DNA of 64,000 nucleotides from a virus: the IMG/VR virus record IMGVR_UViG_3300005831_000023; one strand, written 5' to 3'. Under the pieces are notes generated by a model that was not told the DNA's origin, ran no database searches, and saw only the letters and a program-made list of their open reading frames with translations. Positions 26,201-35,388 of this stretch are shown here, piece after piece. Positions within the stretch are counted from its first letter, which is position 1. The number at the start of each line of letters is the position of its first letter. The translations under genes and the position numbers were made by a program.

Positions 26201-27432
26201 AATGTTGTATTATCAAATGTTCCTGCAAAACCACTTGAATATCTAGCACCAATTGTTTTATGCAAATATTCATGAGTTCTACCATCCATTATGCAACCAT
26301 GACGTTCGTCATATAATCTTGCTGTAGTTCCTGTCCAATAAACAGTAACTATTTGAGCAGTATTAACAATATCCCATGCAACCATAGATTTAGTTAATGT
26401 TCCAGATGAATTGTAATAAATATAATGTGTTCCAATAGTATTATCAAATATAATTGATTCACTAGTTTTAGTATATTTAACACCAGAAACATAATAATAA
26501 TAGTTACCACTTACAGCACTAATTGTTACTTCTCTTGTTGTATCATTAACGCTAATAGTACATTGTGTACGATCTATAAATCCACTTGGTTCAAAAGTAT
26601 CCGTATTTATAGCAATTAAATTGTTAACACTTGTAACACTTGCTTTAGAGTCGAGAGTTGTTTGTAACTCATCAACTTCTGAAATTGAATGATGATGGTT
26701 TGGAGTGCAAGCATCTGTTATGCCATATCCTGCAAGAGTTGTAGGTGTGTCTGTAATAGTACTAAAAGCTTGAGTATGTGAAGTATTCGCTTTACCAGTA
26801 AGCAGAGTATCAACCTCGGATTCAGTATAAGCATCAGTAATCCCATAACCAGTTAGAGTTGTTGGAGTGCTTGATAAATCAGAAAAAGCAACGCTTGTAT
26901 GTTCATATTTGGATGTAGTAGAATTATATTTTAAAAATAATCCATTAACTGCTGTATCAAGTTTTAATCCATGGACACCTAAAGCATCATAAACACTCTT
27001 ACTTTCATGCGTGGATACTGCTCCATAAGCTTCAAATGTATTAGCCTTAACTCTAAGTCTATTGTATACATCAACTACCAATGAATCTTGATCAAATTGC
27101 AATGATATTACTCCACTATTGTATGCAAGTGGTGTGGTAGCTGTTAGAGTAGCCATATTACGCTGTGTATACCAGTTAGTTCCATCAGATAAATATAATA
27201 CTGCTTCGGAGTTTAATAGTTGCAAATCTGGAGTACCAGATCCAGTAATATATATACTACAAGTTCCAGTTCCAATAAATATAATGCTATACCATAACCC
27301 AACAGCACCAGTCGCAACAGGTATTGTAATACTTGGATTAGCAGAGTTAGAAACTATATCTCCCATGTCTTGATAGCCTAGAACCGCTGTGTCTGTAAGA
27401 ACTAATACATTTTTTTGTCGAATCATTGACAT
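23212..27432 (-). CDS. Tail fibre protein (1406 aa)
   Basis: Two TPTTL(T/A)GYGITDA motifs. The C-terminal third is homologous to the N terminus of the next fibre (GGTLTGDLTINKDAGVLYFN..). Confidence 0.85.
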   Translation of the reverse strand: MSMIRQKNVLVLTDTAVLGYQDMGDIVSNSANPSITIPVATGAVGLWYSIIFIGTGTCSIYITGSGTPDLQLLNSEAVLYLSDGTNWYTQRNMATLTATTPLAYNSGVISLQFDQDSLVVDVYNRLRVKANTFEAYGAVSTHESKSVYDALGVHGLKLDTAVNGLFLKYNSTTSKYEHTSVAFSDLSSTPTTLTGYGITDAYTESEVDTLLTGKANTSHTQAFSTITDTPTTLAGYGITDACTPNHHHSISEVDELQTTLDSKASVTSVNNLIAINTDTFEPSGFIDRTQCTISVNDTTREVTISAVSGNYYYYVSGVKYTKTSESIIFDNTIGTHYIYYNSSGTLTKSMVAWDIVNTAQIVTVYWTGTTARLYDERHGCIMDGRTHEYLHKTIGARYSSGFAGTFDNTTFATTAGVFFDEDIRHDIVTKSQLRVFYRNSTAFNWTALQSLYYYSSGGNVYYDNAGTITAVGNSKYVAYWIFATNDLECPIISLMGQRQDNTIAEARTNNTYETINFGNLPYVEFKLLYRVILQNDATPYVEATDFRTASLVATGSYVATSHSTLSGLTNLDHPASAIVNTPNGDISSTTVQNAINELDSEKMSITPDYINFNTAIVTEPTGLGNMYWDNKYSTVSINLSNDVVLQVGQEQLIKAVNSTGTTIANGKLVHVIGALGNKPKIELSDMTDLTQDCILGMATEDILNNENGFVCTSGIVRGLNTTGIAEGTRLYASSNGDYTTTVPTYGYRRFPIGMVIKEHGTDGWILVKINEIPYMFGDIPNGDYSAFDGTGNLTMNNNSLYLIDDDMSGINANGLTTATFGKFTIDSSTNGGLDIWGVSDTDHRGLVLIGLTGSTTPTSAYPIVIAGGKSNVSGTGYTTLANTEKLLAIENWGTNVFTMNGRGTGTFCPTTYGISIGNDNEIWFGNSYDATCDGYINYRGFNGADSRNRNLNICDGKYGTIATFTGSDKSTTFNGQVNVNGTTCELDINSTLQSITSTIAVRSDASYVQLVKRKSTSAGNFSTNVGACELTSVGVYDFVIGTYNSAPLIFGTNNTQRAVINGSGTATFNFSNTSGYALTLNNIVGAGDVNRNVLYLDAYRSDTNNTKLIGSRDDKFTVTSNGVVTATTFVGALTGIASGCLPLTGGTLTGDLTINKDAGVLYFNHLTTSSYNQIRFDENGVYKSSISSLGSAWDTTYQRECLAITATKQILFTSSSEMMLIDGGGIVSRPDYNGVATLNLNYNGYLNSTTQFRNTNVCDGKNSTIVSFAGSDKSTTFYGAININGNLIYGLDKTVLSGGTNIITLTISNYAYGSYDINLMGRDTTAPNGVTFWKGLLMIYRETGAVTFRLNEIYKDYMGGTISDNLVVTATAGSGTLTITVTPPNGDCSVGGTITARHINTTLALL

Positions 27433-27477
27433 TGTATATCAATTCCTTTCAATCCTTAATTTTCCTTAAAAGTATGT

Positions 27478-27509
27478 AAAAAAAAGAAGCATTGTTTACA
27501 ACACTTCTT
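27478..27509 (-). terminator. Rho-independent terminator candidate upstream of the 1406-aa fibre gene
   Basis: Imperfect stem AAGAAGCATTG / CAACACTTCTT with loop TTTA, followed on the minus strand by T8 (plus-strand A-run 27478-27485). Confidence 0.5.
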
Positions 27510-27549
27510 TCTATTAGGTAGCCTTATTCAATTAAATTACTCAAAATAT

Positions 27550-28281
27550 TTAAGCTTCAATTGTAACTGGTGTCAATTTGATAGAAACTAATCTCATTGA
27601 AAAATAATAATCCGTTCCATCATAAATTACTTGATTGTTGTATAAACTTGCTCCACAGTATGCATTTGTCAAAACATAAGTTGTATAGTAAGTAGTTGAA
27701 ATATATTGATAGATTACTCCTATATCTAATATTTGTTTATTAGCAGTAGGATATGATCTACCATTAGCATCAAATCGTTCTAATGATTCAGCATATGCAG
27801 AAGCCGAAACAGTAATGTAATGACTAGAACTATCCATATATAAAGCATATACGGTATTACCAGTACTTAGTTGTAAACAATTAATACCTATTAAAACTGG
27901 TGTATATTGATTAACATCTGTTGTGGTATTAATCATCATTACAAATCCAGTTGTACATTTCATAAACCTAAACTTTAAGTATAACTTTGGATAGTCAAAA
28001 AATACATTAAAACTAGTTGAAAATGAGCCACCACTATATCTAAATACAACTATATTCATATGTCCAATTGTTGAACTATTCTGATATATTCTAATTAATA
28101 AACTATTCCATGTGCAAGCTGAATAGTTACTACTGCTACTAGCAACAGCTTCATTCGCTCTTGTAACTTCGACACAGCCACATTGAAGAATTAATTCATC
28201 CATTATTTTATTAGAAACTTCTGAATTTACATATGCTCCAAACACAAAAGTTCTATCATAATCGTCATAAAAACTAATCAT
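27550..28281 (-). CDS. Hypothetical tail-region protein (243 aa), member of a local paralogue family
   Basis: Shares motif order with 30355-31317 and with the C-terminal half of 28298-30340 (for example NYSACTWNSLLIRIYQ, LYLKFRF). Confidence 0.7.
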   Translation of the reverse strand: MISFYDDYDRTFVFGAYVNSEVSNKIMDELILQCGCVEVTRANEAVASSSSNYSACTWNSLLIRIYQNSSTIGHMNIVVFRYSGGSFSTSFNVFFDYPKLYLKFRFMKCTTGFVMMINTTTDVNQYTPVLIGINCLQLSTGNTVYALYMDSSSHYITVSASAYAESLERFDANGRSYPTANKQILDIGVIYQYISTTYYTTYVLTNAYCGASLYNNQVIYDGTDYYFSMRLVSIKLTPVTIEA

Positions 28282-28297
28282 TTATTCACCTCAAATC

Positions 28298-30340
28298 TCA
28301 TAATCTATATGCATGATAGTCATATCTTGCATAAGTTATACCATTGACAGAAAATATTTCATATGATGGATAAGAACTCGTTAGTTTACCATAATATATA
28401 TTGTCTGCAACATAAGTATATACTTTATCAGCAGGAGTATCTTGGCAGAAATATCTTTTACCCATCATTACAGCATTATAACCCATATAATAATACCCAT
28501 TTCCATATACGTCACTAACTAAACTTTGCTCAGTACTAGCTATTTTAGTAGCATCATTTATACATCCCTTAACAACAAAAACTTCTTGACCATCGTGAAT
28601 TCTAGTAGCACTAAAATCTCTATATAGCGGATAAGCACTATTAATATCTGAAAATGGTAACATATACTGACCATTTAATCCATCGATAACTTTAAACTTT
28701 ACAGTATAGTTACTATTGTCAATATAGAAGAATAATTCACCCATGTAAAAAGCTTGGATTGATTCATTACTTGGAAGTCTAACAGATACATCTATGATCT
28801 TTTGTACAGCAATAGAACGTGCCATTCGAATACTAATACCATTCTTAGTTAGACTAGCGTAGTTAGTTGTTAAATTACTTGCAAGTGCATCATCGCAATA
28901 AAAATTAATTGTCCAACCTAGCAAGTCTTGAAACATTGTAGCACAAGTATTTACAACTCTAGAATTAATACTTTTTCCTGCTTCGGATGTAGTAATTCTA
29001 GCTGTTGTAATGCCATAAGAATCTGTTCCTGCACTAGTACTTAAAACAGTTTTAACACCATAAACATAATCATCATTTTTCATGCTAGAAACTACATTGA
29101 AATTATATCTATTTGAACCAGTGCCAGTAAATACTTTAATGCTTCTAGCACGTTTGAAAGATGAATCATAGTAATATAATTTAGATTTTTCACCAAGACT
29201 TATAACAGGAGGAGTAAAATTAGGATATCCGTCATTATAAGCGTTAAGATACCAACACGTTGTAAAATCCCATCCAACAAATGTTGATTGAGTTTTCATT
29301 TCAGAAGTTGTTTTAGGAGTTGCATAAAGTTCTGGAAATATACAAGTATCTGAGTTATAATAACAAGATGTCATAACAATTGGTGGATCGCTTATAGCAC
29401 CAAGAAAAGCTCCAGGCTCTTCTTCCGTTAATTCGGTTTGATTTGTATAATTAAGTACACAATAGCTATTAATATAAGTGTTATCATAATAGGTAAATGG
29501 TACAAATCCTGCTACAAAGCGAGGATTGATTGTAACTATTAGATTACAAATAGAAAAACAGTTTATAACATAAATAGCATCAAGTTCAGAAGCAAAACCG
29601 CCAGTATATCCATATTGACAAGTAATTGTTGAAACAGAACTACATTTTTCGATTCTTAACCATCCACCATAATTTACAAATCCACCAAAAGAATCTATAC
29701 CACCAAAAGTTGCTGTTGAATGACAATTTTCTATATAGTTATATTCTTCAAAATTAGCACTCCATCCTTCGCAACCTCCAATAAATCCTCCGACATTATA
29801 AGGTAATTTTGAACCAGTATTGTTAATTATAAGACTTGTAGTACAATCTTTTATATAACTAAATGTATTACTTGGATAAAACTCACCAGACAAACCTCCA
29901 ATTGTACTAGGGAAATAAACATTACAATTTGAGTTTATAGTTAAACTTGTAGTTATGTTTTCAATTTTACCAGAATAAATACCACCCGCTAATGCACCTA
30001 ATTTCAAAACTGAATCAGTCCAAGTTGCATCATTTAAATTTATTATAGCATTTTCTATATTAATATTCTTTATAGTATAAGCTGTTGTAATATCACTAAA
30101 TAGCCCCCAATACCAAGTATCAAATGGATTCATAACTAGATTAGTGATTTTAAATCCACCGCCATCATATCCTCCTGTAAATTCTCCACCAATTGGCGAC
30201 CAACTTGGGTAATCACTTAAGTCAATATCAGCTGTCTGTAAGAAAAATGATGATAAATAATTTCTAACATAGTTTAATTGTATTGAATTGCTTACAAGGT
30301 ATGGATCAAACTCCGTACCAGTACCGCCATCAAAAGACAT
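28298..30340 (-). CDS. Tail-associated protein with a GLUG-motif beta-helix-like N-terminal half
   Basis: The N terminus GTGTEFDPYLVSNSIQLNYVRNYL..ADIDLS..WSPIG..FTGGYDGGGFKITNL is typical of GLUG-motif proteins. Repeated GG(L/F)xG motifs. Confidence 0.75.
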   Translation of the reverse strand: MSFDGGTGTEFDPYLVSNSIQLNYVRNYLSSFFLQTADIDLSDYPSWSPIGGEFTGGYDGGGFKITNLVMNPFDTWYWGLFSDITTAYTIKNINIENAIINLNDATWTDSVLKLGALAGGIYSGKIENITTSLTINSNCNVYFPSTIGGLSGEFYPSNTFSYIKDCTTSLIINNTGSKLPYNVGGFIGGCEGWSANFEEYNYIENCHSTATFGGIDSFGGFVNYGGWLRIEKCSSVSTITCQYGYTGGFASELDAIYVINCFSICNLIVTINPRFVAGFVPFTYYDNTYINSYCVLNYTNQTELTEEEPGAFLGAISDPPIVMTSCYYNSDTCIFPELYATPKTTSEMKTQSTFVGWDFTTCWYLNAYNDGYPNFTPPVISLGEKSKLYYYDSSFKRARSIKVFTGTGSNRYNFNVVSSMKNDDYVYGVKTVLSTSAGTDSYGITTARITTSEAGKSINSRVVNTCATMFQDLLGWTINFYCDDALASNLTTNYASLTKNGISIRMARSIAVQKIIDVSVRLPSNESIQAFYMGELFFYIDNSNYTVKFKVIDGLNGQYMLPFSDINSAYPLYRDFSATRIHDGQEVFVVKGCINDATKIASTEQSLVSDVYGNGYYYMGYNAVMMGKRYFCQDTPADKVYTYVADNIYYGKLTSSYPSYEIFSVNGITYARYDYHAYRL
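29639..29673. other. Near-protospacer: 33/35 match to CRISPR spacer 4 (8607-8641)
   Basis: Genome ACTACATTTTTCGATTCTTAACCATCCACCATAAT versus spacer ACTGCATTTTTCGATTATTAACCATCCACCATAAT. Same orientation as the spacer 2 match. Confidence 0.9.
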
Positions 30341-30354
30341 TCATATCACCTACT

Positions 30355-31317
30355 TTAATTTAATTCATATATTATTTGACCTTGTCTAACAAATTTTTGA
30401 GAATTAATTGTAAACAACTCGTATTGAGATGTGCTAACATACGCACCAGAATATACATCATTAATATAATATCTGTAATAGTCCCTATGTGCATCTAAAT
30501 AACTTTGCGTAACAAGATAAGAGTCCTCGCTCTTAAGAATAAGTTTTGACATAAAATAACCAGTTTGACTACTTGCAAAACAAGTATATTTAGTTAGAGG
30601 ATGTATCATTCCATGCAATTCTTCTGCTCTTTGTAAATAAGTCCAGATTTCCATATCATCTATTAAATAATATGAATAATATCTAATTCCATATTGAAGC
30701 GTTAGAGTTGGATTAATCATATTATAACAATTAAAATCGCAAAATATAAATAATCCTTGATTAGCAGTAAACATACTAATTACATAATTACCACCATTTT
30801 TAGTTGAAAAAAATTTAATATGAACTCTTGTATAATCTCCAACTAAATAGAACGCAAACTTATTACCTAAATATCCCATGCTAATAATTGGTAAAGTACT
30901 ACCAACATTTGAAATAGCTGTTCTGCACTCACTGGAAGAATAATAAATTGTAATCCATATGTTTCCTTTAGTAATTCTAGCATAATTTGTATCACTACAA
31001 GTATAATATATATTTGCATAGGAAACTAGTGTAAATCCACAATTATTACAGAGTAAATCAGCGATTGCATTGGCACAAAGAGAATTAAGATATTCGTATT
31101 GCTGAGCAAAACAATCTATATATGCAAATGAATAATAGCTTGTATTAGCAGTTTCACCAAGATTTGTTTCTATGACATTTTTAGTTCCATAAATATATTC
31201 ATCGCTCTTAAATATATCTACTTCATACGTATTCATGTCTTGAGCCTCATTCTCGATCATTCTAGCTTTGCATGCTCTTACCCAATCAGTACCATTATAA
31301 TAACTCATTCTAGGCAT
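30355..31317 (-). CDS. Hypothetical tail-region protein (320 aa), paralogue of the C-terminal half of the GLUG protein
   Basis: Collinear similarity by eye: SYYNGTDWVRACKARMI / YYYDSSFKRARSIKVF; DEYIYGTKNVI / DDYVYGVKTVL; NYARITKGNIWITIY / NYASLTKNGISIRMA. Confidence 0.7.
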   Translation of the reverse strand: MPRMSYYNGTDWVRACKARMIENEAQDMNTYEVDIFKSDEYIYGTKNVIETNLGETANTSYYSFAYIDCFAQQYEYLNSLCANAIADLLCNNCGFTLVSYANIYYTCSDTNYARITKGNIWITIYYSSSECRTAISNVGSTLPIISMGYLGNKFAFYLVGDYTRVHIKFFSTKNGGNYVISMFTANQGLFIFCDFNCYNMINPTLTLQYGIRYYSYYLIDDMEIWTYLQRAEELHGMIHPLTKYTCFASSQTGYFMSKLILKSEDSYLVTQSYLDAHRDYYRYYINDVYSGAYVSTSQYELFTINSQKFVRQGQIIYELN

Positions 31318-31326
31318 TTAACCACC

Positions 31327-34300
31327 TCAATTCAAAGACCATAAATTATTTACAGCAACTAGATTAATAGACTCTTTTGGATAGACTACCATATTTCCAT
31401 TTGCTAAATTAGTGCTTAGAAATACTAAATAATTACTAGCATTTACTATCTTTCTAATTGCACCATTTGAACCTGTACAGGATGGCATTGTGAGGGTAAT
31501 GTTGCCTGTATTTCCATAAACATTTATAATATCATATCCACTTATTAAAAGCGTCGTATTGGCTGTTACAGTCTGTATATCATACATTGTATAGTCGTTA
31601 GTATCAATCCAGCAATCTTTTGCAGTTGGAGCAGTAGGTGGATCATCTTGAACCGCTATGATCTGCATGGTTTCCACAACTTCTTCAACTTTTGTAACGA
31701 AATCTGGTAATCCATCAGCACTAATCGAATATTGACCATCTTTATATAATTGACTCCACTTGCCTGTAAAGTCTGGTGACATCTGTACGCCATCAACATA
31801 AGCTGTTTGAGTTGCATGAATATTTGTAATTACTAATATCATTCCAGTACATCCACTATGCCCTGCTTCGGAAGGATTAAAAGATGCTGAGCATCTAGAA
31901 TCTTGCCAACTAGTTGTGACAGGAAAATCAATAGCAGTACCAGTTAAGTCGTTCTCGCTATCAGTTAGGGTAAAGTAATTTGTATTAGTTACATCATAGA
32001 CTTGCAATCTGATCTGACCTTGGTTTCTAAATAAGCTTATTCTAGATGGTAGACTATTAAACCAGTTAGGATTAACTTTAGCGGTTTCGGATTGTGAAGT
32101 TGATATTCCTGCAAGTAACTTTAATGAATATGAACCATAGTAACTTGAGTTATTATCTGACGTACCATTCGACCAATAAAGTGGTATAAGCGTATCTGGA
32201 TCAAATACCTCAAAACTACTATTCCAAATCATATTTTTAAAGTAGTCTAAGAACCTCGGATCAATACCATATTGATCTATCATAGTAGTAGTATTTTCAC
32301 CTTTAATTGTAATTCCTTCTGGTGTAATAGTCACAATACCATTATCGTCCCCAATGTATGCATTTTTAATATATAAACTGCCACTTGTGTCTGCATAAAA
32401 CACAGGAGTAGTGCCTTTCTCGATTACAATTCCATCAGTTGTATTCAATTTAATAGTGCTATCTTTAGTATCTGAATTAATTATAAAGTCAACATTAGTT
32501 GCTATCAACTCATTATCATTAATTGTAACTGATCCATCTTTGTTAGTAAGTACCCATAAAGCATTGCAATATATACCATGACTTGTTATAGCAGTAGTAT
32601 AAGTTGCCCAGTTATCATCTGACATTACAATCTTATCTTCTAAAATACGCATAGAACCAGTTATTTCAGAATCCTCAATTGCTTGCATAAACATACCACG
32701 TCTATTTAGTACTATATCGCTTGTAACGGCTATTGGATTACTATCGGTTGTTATAACGCTATCTGTCGTTAGAATAGTATCTTTATCATCTGAATACTCT
32801 TCGTAAGTAGATTTATTCTTTTCAAGAACTACACTAGATTTCTTACTATTAGCGATGATAGCTGTAATATAGTCTACATCATCGTTGTAGTAAGGCTTCG
32901 TACTTACAGTTACAGATAAGCTATTACCACTAGGATTATGTTTGATCTCAGTTATTCTTGGCGTATAAGCTATTTCTAATGGACTATATTCAACATCAAT
33001 TTCAGCACCTAAAATAAGTTTATTCCATGTAAAATTCTCACTAGCATAGTTATACACATTTACCATATCAATTGAAAATTCTATTGGTGGACTAGCTTTA
33101 AGTGCAAGTACTTGAATACCAAATTGTAATAATTCTGTTTTATCAGAAGTATCACATTTTACAGTGTCTTCATTAATAAATTGAAGCAATTCTTGTAGCT
33201 GTATAGTTGTTAAGTTATTTTCGTAAGCTAATAGATCTGTAATATCGTCCATGTCTGCATTAATGTATTGAATATCTAGAACTTTACCATTAATAGCACC
33301 ATTATTACTTGCAATTTCAATACCTTTAAGATAAGATTCATTATGCCAATAAGTATAATCGTGTCCATCTATAAGGGTATCTCTCTTAATACAGCTATCT
33401 TCATTCTCTTGCAAATTCTCAAGCTCAGTATTTAAACCTTCATCTATAACATATAATGCATCTAACTCAGATTGAGCAGTAGACAAGTTCGATTGCAATG
33501 TTGCGTACTCTGTACCTTTAGAATCTTTTAATGCATCATGAGCCTCTAATGCATCAATTAGGCTTTGTGACATATAATCAGTAGTCATAAAATAAGTAAA
33601 ATCATCAATGTATGATTGACCAGTTATATTAACAGAGCTTATTGTAATTAAGTCTTTGCCCTCAACATAAAGCCTTGTTATTATCTCATCAACTTTAATA
33701 TCTTGGTTAAAAGACTTCATATAATTCTCAGCGCTAATTATCAATCCTGTGTTAGCTGGAAGTTCATCATAAGTCTTTACTTGAATAGTATAATTATAAT
33801 TATCAAAAAATACGATACAGTTATATAAATTTTCTATAGTTCGAATGACTTCTAAAACACTAGCTTCGGTTATCTCAAATACTCTATAAGAATTTTCAAT
33901 ACTAGCGCTAACATAAGACACCGTCCAAGTATTAATTAATAAGTTTTGAATAATATAATCTAGTATTCCACCTTGTGTTCCATCTGTTGGTACAAACGTT
34001 GTTCCAGTGTATATTCTTCTAGTATTAACAAGTCCAGTAGAGTTCTTGAATTCTTTGAGTTTAATTTTATTTAATGCATAATGTTTAGAATAACAACTTA
34101 TATTTTTTACATCTCTATCAACACCTTGTGTCTGTATCTTATAGATATACATATACTCTCGTCTTAAAAATGTATCATCCATATATACTTCTACCAATAA
34201 TATTTGACCAGTTTGAATATTATCAAAATGAGGATTATCTGTATTATCTATATCATTCCAACTCTTATATATTGTAAAGTCAAATTCATTCACAGTTTTA

Positions 34301-34446
34301 ATTTTTTGAGAATAGTTAGTTATCTCTATACAATTAGTAATACAATGTACTACTTCGTGAATTGGAGTAGATGTAATATTAGTAAATGGTTTGCATATAT
34401 ATACTTCATATCTATATTCTTGATAAGTAATATTATCATTAAGCAC
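31327..34446 (-). CDS. Tail-associated (Tal-like) minor structural protein / baseplate hub with a long C-terminal extension
   Basis: 1039 aa, directly downstream of Dit as in siphovirus tail-tip modules. Has a central coiled-coil segment. Confidence 0.7.
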   Translation of the reverse strand: MLNDNITYQEYRYEVYICKPFTNITSTPIHEVVHCITNCIEITNYSQKIKTVNEFDFTIYKSWNDIDNTDNPHFDNIQTGQILLVEVYMDDTFLRREYMYIYKIQTQGVDRDVKNISCYSKHYALNKIKLKEFKNSTGLVNTRRIYTGTTFVPTDGTQGGILDYIIQNLLINTWTVSYVSASIENSYRVFEITEASVLEVIRTIENLYNCIVFFDNYNYTIQVKTYDELPANTGLIISAENYMKSFNQDIKVDEIITRLYVEGKDLITISSVNITGQSYIDDFTYFMTTDYMSQSLIDALEAHDALKDSKGTEYATLQSNLSTAQSELDALYVIDEGLNTELENLQENEDSCIKRDTLIDGHDYTYWHNESYLKGIEIASNNGAINGKVLDIQYINADMDDITDLLAYENNLTTIQLQELLQFINEDTVKCDTSDKTELLQFGIQVLALKASPPIEFSIDMVNVYNYASENFTWNKLILGAEIDVEYSPLEIAYTPRITEIKHNPSGNSLSVTVSTKPYYNDDVDYITAIIANSKKSSVVLEKNKSTYEEYSDDKDTILTTDSVITTDSNPIAVTSDIVLNRRGMFMQAIEDSEITGSMRILEDKIVMSDDNWATYTTAITSHGIYCNALWVLTNKDGSVTINDNELIATNVDFIINSDTKDSTIKLNTTDGIVIEKGTTPVFYADTSGSLYIKNAYIGDDNGIVTITPEGITIKGENTTTMIDQYGIDPRFLDYFKNMIWNSSFEVFDPDTLIPLYWSNGTSDNNSSYYGSYSLKLLAGISTSQSETAKVNPNWFNSLPSRISLFRNQGQIRLQVYDVTNTNYFTLTDSENDLTGTAIDFPVTTSWQDSRCSASFNPSEAGHSGCTGMILVITNIHATQTAYVDGVQMSPDFTGKWSQLYKDGQYSISADGLPDFVTKVEEVVETMQIIAVQDDPPTAPTAKDCWIDTNDYTMYDIQTVTANTTLLISGYDIINVYGNTGNITLTMPSCTGSNGAIRKIVNASNYLVFLSTNLANGNMVVYPKESINLVAVNNLWSLN

Positions 34447-34460
34447 TTATATCACCACCT

Positions 34461-35228
34461 TTAAGAGTATATTGGAAACTGGAGTCTGAATTGTAATGTA
34501 CATTGAGATGAAACAACTAAGTTATTAGTTCCTTGTACAAGTCTAAACCAGTTCTTATTAAAGTTTAGATATTTACTTTGACCAGTGGAGCTAATTATTT
34601 GTTTCTTAGCATTATCTATATAAACTGTTTCTCCTATAGCTACAACATTCTGGACAGTACTTCTACCTCCATCACTGTTGTTTTGGATACTAAAAGAACT
34701 AGTTCCAGTTATAGTAAACTCGAATTGTGGATAGTAATAAGTAGCTACATTTGAGAGGTTATTTATTACAATAGATTGAGATCCACTTATTGTATAGGTT
34801 GGAGTACTAGCAGTTGTTAGAGCATATGGATATTTAGATTTGAATGCTACTTCGAAATAACCTTCATTCATTCCATTTGTTAGAAAATCGACTTGATTAG
34901 TTGCAAACAAGTAATATATCTTTTCTGGTTCATCTTCACTGTAAAACGGCTTATAAGTATCTTTAAATAGCCATGAAGCAATTGTCTTTAATTTAGCAGT
35001 AGTCATATCATTTGTTAGCGTAGAAAATGCTAATGTAAACTGATATTGTTGAGCTTTAGACCTACATGTATATGGAGCAGAAGCCATTGTTGGAAAATCT
35101 TCTATCATATCTCTAGCTGGTATGTATGGTACATTAATCATTCCGCTATTAGTTCTTATTAATGAAACTCCCATAGAATCACTAGAGATTCCATCATAGT
35201 AAAATTTAGTTCCAATCATTAAAATCAT
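34461..35228 (-). CDS. Distal tail protein (Dit-like)
   Basis: Lies between the tape measure and Tal. The start is probably the internal ATG at 35228 (MILMIGTKFYYDGISSDSMGV..), which is preceded by AAGGAA/GAAAGGA. The ORF track start at 35270 has no SD. Confidence 0.7.
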   Translation of the reverse strand: MILMIGTKFYYDGISSDSMGVSLIRTNSGMINVPYIPARDMIEDFPTMASAPYTCRSKAQQYQFTLAFSTLTNDMTTAKLKTIASWLFKDTYKPFYSEDEPEKIYYLFATNQVDFLTNGMNEGYFEVAFKSKYPYALTTASTPTYTISGSQSIVINNLSNVATYYYPQFEFTITGTSSFSIQNNSDGGRSTVQNVVAIGETVYIDNAKKQIISSTGQSKYLNFNKNWFRLVQGTNNLVVSSQCTLQFRLQFPIYS

Positions 35229-35388
35229 CCTTTCATTCCTTAAAATAAAAAAATCTGGTGCATTATACAAAAGAGGACTCCAAATATCTAAAATACCTTA
35301 ATAAAGAAATTAGAGATTATCTTTATTATAAATACTTGCATTAAAGATATTATAGAGTTTCTTTAATATAATACACCAGTTAAGTTAA

